From the NCBI RefSeq assembly GCF_006345805.1, contig NC_043000.1, positions 162,006,001 to 162,070,000 on the forward strand: a stretch of 64,000 bases of DNA, in the 5' to 3' direction. Each line of letters opens with the position of its first letter. The stretch's first letter is position 1. Below, in pieces: positions 50,781 through 62,279 of this stretch. The notes beneath the pieces are model-generated. The model was not told the DNA's origin, did no database searches, and saw nothing but the letters and a program-made list of their open reading frames with translations. A program made the position numbers and the translations under genes. Source of the DNA: Octopus sinensis (lineage: Eukaryota).

Positions 50781-51169
50781 TCAGGACGTAAAAGACTTAG
50801 TCGGACTAGGAACATCTTCCATCAGAGTCCTTTCGCACTGACTATTGTCGTCATCTAAGCATGTCTGCATACTGTTCGCGTGTTTAACTTTAGATGGGGG
50901 CCTCTGGCTGAATGTTGAAAGAGCTGATGATGTACTGTCACTGGCTAAATTTACAGGGTTCGATGCTGGTGCAGCTTTGTACATGAGCAGCGCTAGAAAG
51001 AAAAACAAACAAGAAAGTGCCTTGACGACCAGGGTGAGAGCCATTAGATAGAGACCCATCCGTTCGTTGTCGTAGACGTAACAGGAACCGTTCTCTTGGC
51101 AAGTCTGTTGCCAAAACTGGCAGGTCAGATCTATCATTTTACCAAACATGATCGGACCAGGTATGGATC
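50781..51169 (-). CDS. SLCO4A1: SLCO last coding exon (TM12 and C-terminal tail), TGA at 50783-50781
   Basis: Acceptor tcttacag|; encodes (G)SIPGPIMFGKMIDLTCQFWQQTCQENGSCYVYDN...KSFTS*. Confidence 0.93.
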
Positions 51170-52021
51170 CTGTAAGAGATTAATAAAAATGAAAAAAGTT
51201 ATTTTATTTTGGTAGCACAGAAAAGCAGTTATTTCTGGAAATAAATATTCTTTACCATGCATTTTCTGAACAATAATTGTATTAGACTTCTAACCAGATA
51301 ATAATCATTGATTCACTATCTTTTTATCGACCATTTTGTAGCTTGTAGGCATATGTTTCAGCGATACAAACACACACGTTATACATGCATACACACACAT
51401 ATACGTACATGTACACATATATAGAAACTACACACAAATGCAGCTATCCATCTAGCCATCTTCTCTGCCCACTATTCCTGAAAGAGTTGTGGGGAGCAGA
51501 GTCCTAAGAAGCAACCGGGGACTGGGTGCAATCCAGCAACCAACTGGATTTCCAAGCGTGACCAACCGAGACAATGGATATTATCCAGTTACCTTATTCT
51601 TAGTCTACCATTAGGTCTCCTGCTGGTTGGCTCGGCTAGAAGAATCCATTTTGAGATTCTTTCTTGCAACATTCTAATTTAATAAAATTCGTAACACTGA
51701 ATCTGTGTCTTCTCAATGCAGAGAAGTAGCGGCTCGACCAGGATAGACTTCCTGATATCCAAACTACATATCCTGTCAAGTAACGTTACTTCAGAGATCT
51801 TTCGGAGGAACCTCATTTCGGACGTTTGTATTCATGGTGGGACTCTTTCGGTCATAACCCAACAGTCATAGGCGTAGGAGTGGCTGTGTGGTAAGTAGCT
51901 TGCTTACCAACCACATGGTTCCGGGTTCAGTCCCACTGCGTGTCACCTTGGGCAAGTGACCTCGGGCCGACCAAAGCCTTGTGAGTGGATTTGGTAGACG
52001 GAAACTGAAAGGAGCCCGTCG

Positions 52022-52110
<89 letters not shown>

Positions 52111-53594
52111 TCCTCTTAACATCGCTTGAGAACCAATGGTGGTGTGTTTACGGCCCCGTAAGTTAGCGGTTCGGCAAAAGAGAGCGATAGAATAAGTACT
52201 AGGCTTACAAAGAATAAGTCCTGGGGTCGATGTGCTCGACTAAAGGCGGTGCTCCAGCATGGCCGCAGTCAAATGACTGAAACAAGTAAAAGAGTCATGG
52301 CTATAGGTGAGGGTAGGCACAAAAACCAAATTGAAAACGGTGAGCTTGGCATTTTTATCAATTCCTCCTTCATTGAGGGTTGGATACTGGAGCTGGTGCA
52401 ATACTGCGTCAACACCTGCAATTCTAGCATCCAGTCCTCCTACGTCCCATCACTGAATGGGCTCGCTGCTGAGTGCTGCAACGCAGGATGAGAATTAGTG
52501 TTGAAACAGATATTGGTCATCTCAAGAACGCCTTCCCAGTGCACGCTGCATGTGAATGAAATACTACTGAAATAAGTGGAGATATTTACGTGTCTCGTTG
52601 CCGTATCCATATATATATGGTAGAAAATATTTAGGTAGCACACACACACACACACACACACACGAGAAGTGAGGTTATAATAAAGATAATAGCTAGCTGT
52701 GCAAAAGCATCGAAGCCGAAGATCGATGGCTGTCTATTGCACTCATGTTGGGAAAAAATTTCTCCAAAGGGAAAACAGGAGAAAATTTATTCAACCGTGT
52801 TACCATGAGGAATTTGCGTAAAAAGTAATAAAAACAAATACTGAAACAATACTAATATCCTTCTGATAGTCGCTATATTGATCCAAGTTATATAAAAAGT
52901 AGGTTAGAAAACAGAAGGATTTTGATAAAATATTACACTAGAGATCAAAGTATTTTCTTGAATGATATTTAGTTTCTTACAAAAAGATACCAAAAAAGAA
53001 AAATAATGACAAAATCAAGACATGAATTTTCGTAACAATGGAAATGTCTGGTAATTAGTAACTGAAACTCACCAAAACACCGGGCCAAGATCCATTGTAT
53101 TCCTAGACCAAAGGATCGTTGCTTCTGTGGAACACATCGTAGTGTTGCTGTTAGTGCTGGCATACTAATGGTAAATGTTATTAACATGATCATGGCGAAG
53201 AATGGCATGAACAATGACAAATGATTGCACTGGTTTGGACATTTGCCGGAAACGGCAGCATAATCAAACTTCGAGTTGTTTGACTGAATACAACTGCAGT
53301 TGGCGTATTTCTGTAAGAGAAATGTGTTGGGAAAATTATTCAATTTAGGTAAGGAGAAACAATGAGAGGAGAGCAATGGCGCATTAACTTAAATAATGAA
53401 AGATTTGTAGGGACTGTAAATTGGTAACTAATCAAAGACTCTCACTCACTCACTCACGTACCCATCTCCCGTTATGTTTATTGTATCCATCCACCCATTA
53501 ATCACTACATCCATTTATTGCTCCCTTCAATGCTGGCTCTCTAGAATCCTATCTGTGATGCGTAGTTTTCCCAACAACCATTGACTTATTAATA

Positions 53595-53629
<35 letters not shown>

Positions 53630-54624
53630 AGCCGCACCTATTACCGTCACGGAGGGGCCTGCAAGAGCAATAGGCAAGACACCTTTCTCAAGAAAAATAA
53701 AACGAAACAGAGCAAAAATACCCAAAACATGGTAGCTTATCACATGAGTGCTGAAATGATAAAGAGTTATTTTCATGCAGTCTGAGCATGAGGATAATCT
53801 TTGTACTGTAATGGCTTGGATGAGTTGGAGGGTGGATAGATAGAGGCATACCTCACCCTACGTCGTTAATTGGTTCCAGGAGACACGACTTAAGTCGAAT
53901 TAACTTGTCTCTAGGCTAGGCCGAACTTACATGTCTCTAGGCTAGAAAGAGTAACCATTCCCAGTTCTGTACTTTATTTATGAATGCATTTTCAATAATA
54001 CATGATTAATAAAAAAAACCATGTGTGCTAAAATCTTGTCCTTGTTATATACAATCGTCGATACAGTTGTCCGACTTATCCCCCAAAATCGAGCAATTGC
54101 TACCACTTTTTTACCTTTTCCATGGCGTTTTATCACAGCCAGTTTATCTTCTAGCGTTATAACATGACGCTTAGCACTTTCACTATGGATTTTCTTAGGA
54201 GCCAAAGGGACAAAAAATAAAGTCACAAATGAATGAGAATGAGAAAGTAGTCGATAAACAAACATAAACAAATCTGAAATCAAAACAATCGCGGGAATCA
54301 CGTGTGTCAACAACGACTAACGGTAGCTATTGGAACTACAGTGCAATATGAGCTCTGGAAGACTGAAAAAACAAGTCAACACAGCTGAATTCATGATTTC
54401 GTTCACTAAGCTACACTACCTTATGGTGTGTATCTTAACATTTACTGTACAAGTTTTAATATGATTTTATATGCTTTTATTCTTTTACGATTCCAATATT
54501 TGTGGCGAACAGACGTAAAGTCGAGTAAAATGACTTAACTCGATTTTTATTTTTCCATATACTATTTTTGAAAACCGACGTATAATCCAGAACTTAAATC
54601 GAAACAACTTAAGTCAAGGTATGC

Positions 54625-54659
<35 letters not shown>

Positions 54660-55029
54660 ACGGGAAGCTTTATGAAAATAGACAAAAGACGAAGGCAGGT
54701 GGAAAACAAACGAACAATTGTATTAGTATGGCGCTCAGGAAATATAAATAAAACAAGTCTTTAACGTTTCGAGCCTACGCTCTTCAACAGAAAGATACAC
54801 AGAGAGAAAAAAAACACAGAAAGAAGGAGAGAAAAAAAATGCGTGCAGTAGCTAACGAATCAACATGGCGATCTGATTTCGGCCAGAGGTCAAAGATCAA
54901 ACATGAGACGCGAGAGCGAAATAAGGGGAGATAATAGGGTTGATAATAGGGTTGAAGGACCAGCTAATAGTGCGTAGGAGGGGTCTGGACGTGTGTATGT
55001 ATAGGGTTGGTGTATGTATTAGTATGTAT

Positions 55030-55078
<49 letters not shown>

Positions 55079-58000
55079 AGAGAGTATAAGTGCGTATGAG
55101 GGGTCTGGACGTGTGTATGTATAGGGTTGGTGTATGTATTAGTATGTATTAGTACGTATTAGTATGTATTAGTTGGTGTATGTATTAGTATGGCACATCA
55201 TATATGATGTGATGTGTAAAGTCGTGTGGTGTAGTGAGGAGAAGAGGGGGAGGGGGAGAATAGGGGGAGAGGGGGAGAATAGGGGGAGAGGGGGAAGGAG
55301 AGGGGGGAAGAGGAGAGGAGGGGAGAAGGAGGGGAGGAGGGGGGAGGAAGGAGGAAAGAGGGAGAGGGGGAGTGAGGGAGAAGAGGGAAGGGGAAGAGGG
55401 GAGGAGGGAGGGAGAAAGAGGGAAGAAGGGAAGGGGAGTAGGGGTCGGGGGGAAAGGATAGGTGAGGAGGGGGGAGAGGGGGGTTAGATGAGAAGGGGGG
55501 AGAGTTGAGACCAAATGGCGTATAAGAGCGAAGAGAGAAGATTAATTCCTGTTCACGGCGCAAACGGGAATCCGGATGGCCTCTGTGTAAGGACAAACCG
55601 AACACAGATAGGTGTTGCAAGGAGTGACCGGTGGAGCGGAAATGGCGTGAGACCGGTGTGTCGTTCGCAAGGTGGATGTCACGAAGGTGTTCCGCGAACC
55701 GGTCAGCCAAGCGGCGTCCCGTTTGTCCGATGTACAAGGAATTGCAGAGAGAGCAAGAGATGCAATAGATAATATTGCTGGAGGTGCAGGTGAAGGAGTG
55801 GATGATGGGATAGGGTCGATGGTGGGTGCTAGTGAGGCGGGTGGTGTTGGAGAGGTAAGGGCAAGTGCGGCAACGTGGGCGGGAGCAGGGGAACGAGCCG
55901 GGTTGGGAGGTAGGGTCAGGGAAGGAGCTATGGACCAAAAGGTCTCGAAGGTTGTGGGCTCGTTTGAAAGAGGGGAGGGGTCGGTTAGGGAAGAGGTGTG
56001 AAGTGGACGGGTCGGACTGGAGATGACGGAAAGCTCGAAGAATGGTGCGTTGGAGACGTAGGGTCGTGGGGTGGTAAGTGAGGGGAAAAGGGAGGCGGGA
56101 GACTACAGGGCGGTTCGGGGAGAGAGAGCAGATACACGGTCCACGGACCGTGCTCTGGCAAGGGCGGTGTGGATAGTGGTGAGGGGGTATCCACGTAGGG
56201 TGAAGTGGTGAGCCATACGTTGAGACTGAGTCTCAAAGTCATGGTCGTCACTACAGAGCCTACGTAGACGGAGGAATTGGGAATAGGGGATGGAAAGCTT
56301 GGTGTGTTCTGGGTGGGAGGAAGAGAAGTTGAGGTATGAGTGTGAGTGTGTGTTTGTAGTGAATGGAGGTGGTAAGAGTGGAGTGAAGAATGCTAACCGA
56401 AATGTCGAGGAAGGAGACAGAGGTGTTGGAGATAGTGGAAGTGAAGTGGAGGGCTGGATGGAAAGATTGGACGAAAGAGAGGAAGGAATCTAGATGTTCG
56501 CGGGAGAGTGAGGTGGCACCGATAATGTCGTCGATGTAACGACAGAGAGAGAGAGAGAGTGAGAGAGAGAGATTATAGGTGCATGTGTGTGATGTTTTTC
56601 TGTTCACTAAAATTTTACTTTTTTTATTGCCATAATAAACCTAGAATTTGCATAGTAACCCAGCATTTACAGAGTTATGTGAAAATGAGGCTAAAAAGAC
56701 AGAGAAAATAAATAAAATGTGGAAAGAAATAGAAGTTATGCTACAAACCTTTGTGTAGCCATCAATGATAGTTTTACAACCGGCATAACAAGGTGAAAAA
56801 TATATAGAACCATCATTACTGCATATGGGATCATAATCTTCATTTGAACAATGACAGTCTGAATTGCAGTCTGCCTTTAAGTTGCCAATAACAAACGGTG
56901 AAGAGCTTCTACAAAAGAAGGGGAAAACATTAGCAAATAAATATTAACTCTAACATATGCTCAAGACTATACAGGAAGCGGTGGAGTAAAATAATTTCTC
57001 ATAAATATACAATAAATATACAATACTATACATGATGTGAAGGGTGGTAAACTCGTCTAAATTGGCTCCAGTACTTTTATGGTACTTATTTCATCGACTA
57101 CAGAAGGATGAACGAGAAAGTGATTTGAATTCAGAACTTTATGGTACACACATAGACTTTGCAAAGTGTTTCATGCAACGCCCTACAGATTGTGCTAATC
57201 CACTGCCATTGACTATTATATTAACAAATAGAAAGTTTCAGGGAAAATGTTCGACTATTGATATTTTATGAATACTTGAGAATGTATAGACATAAAACCA
57301 ATAAAACGGACATGAAACCAATAATTATACGTAAGCGACAAAACTCCGGTGACGACTGAAGATTCTTGTCAAACATCGTTAGAAATGATATAATAATGAT
57401 TTCTCGCACGTAAAGCTTTTGTACGCAAACTTACATAACTTAAACACTAACTTAAAGAATATAACCAATACACATAGTATTGGCGCCAAGAGTATTTCAA
57501 CTAATAAAAAAAAGAAGATAAAAGTGATACAGCGAATTCTGTTTCTAATTTGGTTTTTATTAAAGAGAGAGAGGAGGTGGGGATTCTTCATATATTCAAA
57601 CAGATATTGCAGTATTTTGGAATTGGTTTTCGAAAGTCAAAGATGGACTGGAAAAATAAACCAGATATCAAATGTTATAGAGATCAGGGCGTTAGCAATG
57701 GGCTGAACGGATTTCATATTTGTAATAGTTGATAAATAAATATTTTTAAAAAAAACCTGGGAGGTCATAACAGTGTGTAATTATTTCCATTAACAAAAGT
57801 GACTTGAAAAATGTTGCAAATATTGCATTTTCACACATTCTGTTTTAATGCATACGTTATATTTCAAAAGCGAGTCCCTTGGTCAGCATTCAATGTGAAA
57901 ACCAATGAGTAAAAACATTCAAGCTATGAGCATCCTGTGACCCTCTAAGCTTAGCATATTATATGTTCTGCTTTTTAAAAAACAATATGTTGTCGTAGTA

Positions 58001-58715
58001 AATTTGATTTACAGCTGCTTCCAGTCGTCGCTATAGTTTAGTCACTGAACCAGTCAATAACGATCCGATAAGGACTCCTGGAAACAGCTGTGTCTCAAAT
58101 TTCCTACAATAAAGTATTAGGTTGTCCGGAAAGTTCGTGCCGATTTTTAAAGGAAAGAAAAAGGTCCATAAATTCTTGCCATTACATTTTTAATGAACCA
58201 AATATGAACCATTTTGTTGCACAATGCGTCTCCATCTTTCCTTTAACTTGAAAATACCCTCTTCCCAGAATTGAGGTGGTTTATAGCAAAGAATTCATCA
58301 AGGTATCTTTTTACGTCATCCAAGGAATTGAAATTTTTACCATTAAAGCTATTCTGCAGAGCCCTGAATAAGTGGAAATCCGAAGGAGCAATATCTGGTG
58401 AATATGGAGGGTGGGGTAACACATCCCAGCCGAGCTGCAGCAATTTTTGTCTGGTTCCCAAAGCATCTAGTGCCGAAAATGAACTTTCGTATCTTCCATT
58501 TTTAAAGGGTTACAGAATTGACACAGGTTATAGGAACATAAACCTTCTTCCAGGAAAAGATAGCTTAAACTGTGCTCGAAATGGAGGTGTAGTCAAATCC
58601 TATTTTATGGACTCAACCATGTTCTAAAATAAGTTGAAAGGTAAGCTACTATAAATCGGCACGAACTTTCCGGACAACCCAATAATATATAATGACATTA
58701 TATATACTTTGTCTT

Positions 58716-58747
<32 letters not shown>

Positions 58748-58749
58748 AT

Positions 58750-58793
<44 letters not shown>

Positions 58794-59057
58794 TATGTTC
58801 TATGGGTATTTGATATTCTAGAAGTCAAACGCAAAAGTCAATCGTTTCCCTTCGTGCCATAGATTGGTGGTTTTTTAGCAACACCACCACCTATATCGAG
58901 AATCATTGTTGGAGATCATTGAATACATACAAAATACTATGACCATCACAGATTATTCTGTCATTTCAAAGAGAACGTTTTTAGTCAATAAGTTTCAATA
59001 TTTGTTGTCATTAAAACAATATTTAGTGTGGCAAATATGACAGAGTGCTGAATTTTC

Positions 59058-59146
<89 letters not shown>

Positions 59147-60424
59147 TATAACATTCCACTGACTCCGGAAGACAGTTCAGTCCTCGTATTTCCCACACTT
59201 TAATAACAAATACCGCTGTGTGTGTTTTGTACTTAAGTCGCGCTCCCTTTGAAGTACCAGAATAATTAGTGAGGGCTATATAATTGTGTATGTATTCAAA
59301 GTTCTGCCGTTATGCTTCTCATTGGTTGGGATTTTGTCACTAAGAAACCACCAATCAGATCTGAACGGGCCAGTTTATGCCACGAAATTAAAGCGATCGA
59401 TTTTCGTTAGCGATTCCTGATGCATCATATCAAATATCTGCCAAACCATACTGCACATTTTCTTAGTCAGCGTTTTGATTGTATCGTGCGATATAACAAT
59501 CTGACAATGTCGCATACACGTTCCTGCCATTTTTTTAATATATATTTTTTCAATAAAACAAGAAACCTAAATGGTAGCAGGGAGAGGAGAATGCAGAATC
59601 ATTCAATGTGTGATAGGTTTGTTCCCTGGAGAAACATCAAAGTGATGTGGTTCTCTAATTGAGAAAGGGCAGATGTCGTGGATAGCTATAGAAAAAAAAA
59701 AGAAATTAAACTGCTGTTGCTTAGCAACATATTAAACCGGACGAGCAAACTTGTGATCAAACATATATCAATAGATCTGTTTTATCTTATTTATTGCCAA
59801 TATTATCATTCAATGTGATCTTACTTTTATGGGACAGTAAAATGTGTGCAGGTGATTTGGTTGCTATTTCATACCGATCAAACGATCATATAGAGGGACT
59901 TTCATTGACTTGTAAGTATATGCATATTTATAACCATCTTTGTCTATATAACTGCATGCATGACATGATAAAATTTGAATAATAAATTAACCCTTTCGTT
60001 ACTAACCCGGCCAAAACCGGCTCTGGCTCTGTAGTACAAATGTCTTGTTTTCATAAGTTTTGCATCAAAATATACAACCAAACCTTAGTTGCAATTTATA
60101 TTCCTAACACTAGCTTAATGATAGCTAAGTTATTTTACTAAATTCTTTGTTATATTTAAAATAATTGAAAGAAACACAGAGTATCTCAAAATAAATACGG
60201 TATAATGAATGATAAACAAACTTACCTGTTGACAGAGTAGGGTACATTTATACCAACAAAACTATTATTCTGGCACCGTAGTAGAAATATTAACATTAAT
60301 ACAAGTAAAACTGTAGAAAGACCCAAACACATCCGTATAATTCCTCGTACTTTAAGTTTTAACATTCGGACTAAGACACCGCCAAGAAATGTCCCACCAC
60401 CTCCTGCTGGAACTAGAGCGTAAC
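50781..60424 (-). CDS. SLCO4A1: OATP/SLCO organic anion transporter (SLCO4A1-like), 3' four coding exons: join(60424-60226,56908-56749,53310-53073,51169-50781); 5' part not found in window
   Basis: Spliced translation gives GYALVPAGGGGTFLGG..., Kazal-like CNSDCHCSNEDYDPICSNDGSIYFSPCYAGC, KYANCSC, PALTATLRCVPQKQRSFGLGIQW, GSIPGPIMFGKMIDLTCQFWQQTC...GSCYVY. These are OATP-family motifs, closest from memory to OATP4A1. All introns are GT-AG with phases 1/2/0/1 matching. Exact orthology not tested. Confidence 0.93.
51480..52560 (-). mobile_element. RTE (Rex3/Expander-like) 3' fragment split by a SINE-B
   Basis: LDARI...AKLTVF..VFVPTLTYSH | WVMTER..IQTSEMRFLRKI..VEPLLL.IEK. Confidence 0.8.
51871..52292 (+). 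mobile_element. SINE family B inserted in the RTE
   Basis: Complete head to tail; AGTCAT at 51864-51869 and 52293-52298 as a candidate TSD. Confidence 0.9.
53073..53310 (-). CDS. SLCO4A1: SLCO exon (end of Kazal loop, TM10-TM11), 238 nt
   Basis: Acceptor tcttacag|, donor |gtgag; encodes KYANCSCIQ...PALTATLRCVPQKQRSFGLGIQWILARCF(G). Confidence 0.93.
53843..54627 (-). mobile_element. Internally deleted Tigger/pogo element (CENP-B-type HTH remnant)
   Basis: APKK..S.SAKRHVITLEDKLAVIKR...IARFWGISRTTVSTIV..KDKI; ends (g/c)a(g/a)gcatacct. Confidence 0.75.
54655..56545 (-). mobile_element. Young 5'-truncated PLE (RT from YIDD, thumb, linker Zn finger, GIY-YIG, 3' repeat) in an SLCO intron
   Basis: RYIDDI, VSFLD, SSHP..TKLSIPYSQFLRLRRLCS, LRGYP, CSRPRCRTC, IIYCISC..C..LYIGQTGRRLADRFAEH, REQELIF. 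Confidence 0.92.
54758..54795 (-). ncRNA. Hammerhead-like motif with CTGTTGA (A6U) core at the PLE 3' end
   Basis: Minus: TCTTT, CTGTTGA, A, GAGC[GTAG]GCTC, GAA, ACGT, U17, AAAGA. Confidence 0.55.
56749..56908 (-). CDS. SLCO4A1: SLCO exon, Kazal-like extracellular loop, 160 nt (not in ORF track)
   Basis: Acceptor cttttgtag|, donor |gtttgt; encodes SSSPFVIGNLKADCNSDCHCSNEDYDPICSNDGSIYFSPCYAGCKTIIDGYTK; phase 2 in and phase 0 out fit both neighbouring exons. Confidence 0.92.
58117..58682 (-). mobile_element. Internally deleted mariner with both TIRs and TA TSD
   Basis: tt(a/g)ggttgtccggaaagttcgtgccgattt at both ends; MEDTKVHFRH joined to GTRQKLLQLGWDVLPHPPYSPD. Confidence 0.92.
59991..60212. 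mobile_element. Probable piggyBac-type MITE
   Basis: TTAA|CCCTTTCGTTAC start; opposite end degraded, so the right boundary is approximate. Confidence 0.5.
60226..60424 (-). CDS. SLCO4A1: SLCO exon (TM8-TM9 region), 199 nt
   Basis: Acceptor ttgtag| before 60424, donor |gtaag after 60226; encodes (G)YALVPAGGGGTFLGG...RCQNNSFVGINVPYSVN(R). Confidence 0.92.
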
Positions 60425-60769
60425 CTACAAAAGGTAGAAAGAGAGGAGAGATATAGTTATAAAATCTGATTACACACACACATTATATATGCAGGAAATC
60501 CTGCCTTTATCCCACAGCTATTAATTTCTCCCTTTAGATGGTACCTGAAGTAATCACCTGAAGAGCCATGTAAGGACGAAACAAATACATACGATGTAAA
60601 AATGGAATATCCACTTATGGATATTATACACATACACACATTATGTGTGTGTGTGTGTATGTATCTAAGAAGAGAGACATTGAAATAAATGTGCGCGCAC
60701 ATATTCCATTAATGGTATCAAATTTTTTTTTAAAGAGGTGACGAGAGAGCAGGGGAGGGGTAAAGAAAG

Positions 60770-60825
60770 AGAAAGAAGAGGCCGACAGAAAACAAGAGAG
60801 AAATAGAAAATAAGAGACAGAAAAT

Positions 60826-60862
<37 letters not shown>

Positions 60863-60958
60863 TGGAGGGAGGGAGAGAGAGAGAGAGAGAGAGAAGAGAG
60901 AGATAGAGTGGAGGGAGAGAGAGAGAGAAGAGAGAGATAGAGTGGAGAGAGAGGAGAG
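60770..60958. repeat. (GA)n-rich tract
   Basis: Direct reading. Confidence 0.9.
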
Positions 60959-61501
60959 GCAATGTGACTTACCGACATATACAGCAGATACTGATGCTGA
61001 CAGACTGAACTGGGACTCTATAAATTTAGGAGCGAATGTAGCAAACCCACTGAGTATAATACCTAGGAAGAAGTAGAATCGAAAAAAAAGAGAGAGAGAG
61101 AAAGAAAGAGAAATTAATAATAATTATAGAGCAGAATGTTTATATTTTCAACAAGTAAAATGCACAAAGACCGTAAAAATATCAACAAAGCAAACCGTAG
61201 TATCCACATCAACGATTAATGAGTATAAACGGTGGATAGTTCCTATCTGTCCAATGAAGGGGACTGCTCAACGTGAAAATTAGTTGGCGACTCTAGCGGG
61301 TCGAGAGACCATTAAAAGACTCTCTCATTATTGAGTTTCTGTTACAAGTATTTGGACAAGCTCTCCGGTTTGAGAATAACTTTTCTTCCCATCAATTTCG
61401 GAGTTTCTGAGTAAAATAAAGGATCGTGGGTGGCTCCCTTATGTCTTTGACTAAGCAGCAAAAAATAAATAGATAAAACAATTAAATATACTTAAACTAT
61501 T

Positions 61502-62279
61502 CTTATTTCCCACAAGGGGCTAAACATAGAGGGGATAAACAAGGGCAGACAAACGGATTGATTTGATTATATCGACTCCAGTGCGCAACTGGTACTTATT
61601 TAATCGACCCCGAAAGGATGAAAGCAAAGTCGACCTTAGCGGAATTTGAAGTCAGAACGTAGCGGCAGACGAAATACTATTTCTTTAGTACCCACAAGGG
61701 GCTAAAAATAGAGAGGACAAACAAGGACAGACAAACGGATTAAGTCGATTACATCGACCCCAGTGCGTAACTGGTTCTTAATTTATCGACCCCTAAAGGA
61801 TGAAAGGCAAAATCGACCTCGACGGAATTTGACCTCAGAACGTAGCGGCAGACGAAATACCTATTTCTTTATTACCCACAAGGGGCTAAACATAGAGGGG
61901 ACAAACAAGGACAGACATAGGTATTAAGTCGATTACATCGACCCCAGTGCGTAACTGGTACTTAATTTATCGACCCCGAAAGGATGAAAGGCAAAGTCGA
62001 CCTCGGCGGAATTTGAACTCAAAACGTAGCGGCAGACGAAATACCTATTTCTTTACTACCCACAAGGGGCTAAACATAGAGGGGACAAACAAGGACAGAC
62101 ATAGGTATTAAGTCGATTACATCGACCCCAGTGCGTAACTGGTACTTAATTTATCGACCCCGAAAGGATGAAAGGCAAAGTCGACCTCGACGGAATTTGA
62201 CCTCAGAACGTAACGGCAGACGAAATATCTCTAAGCATTTCGCCCGGCGTGCTAACGTTTCTGCCAGCCCACCTACTTT
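61502..62279 (-). mobile_element. SINE family A tetramer (one head, four ~183-bp bodies) with 16-bp TSD
   Basis: cccacaaggggctaaa recurs at ~61509, 61691, 61875 and 62058; ATATACTTAAACTATT at 61486-61501 and 62280-62295. Confidence 0.92.

Noticed and set aside
53549-53776. 75-aa minus-strand ORF inside the SLCO locus, as a candidate exon
   Set aside because: No OATP similarity, contains poly-T, and the frame is already completed by the 56908-56749 exon
61502-62279. Regular tandem array as a CRISPR-like locus
   Set aside because: Whole units are repeated with no unique spacers, the context is eukaryotic, and no cas genes are present
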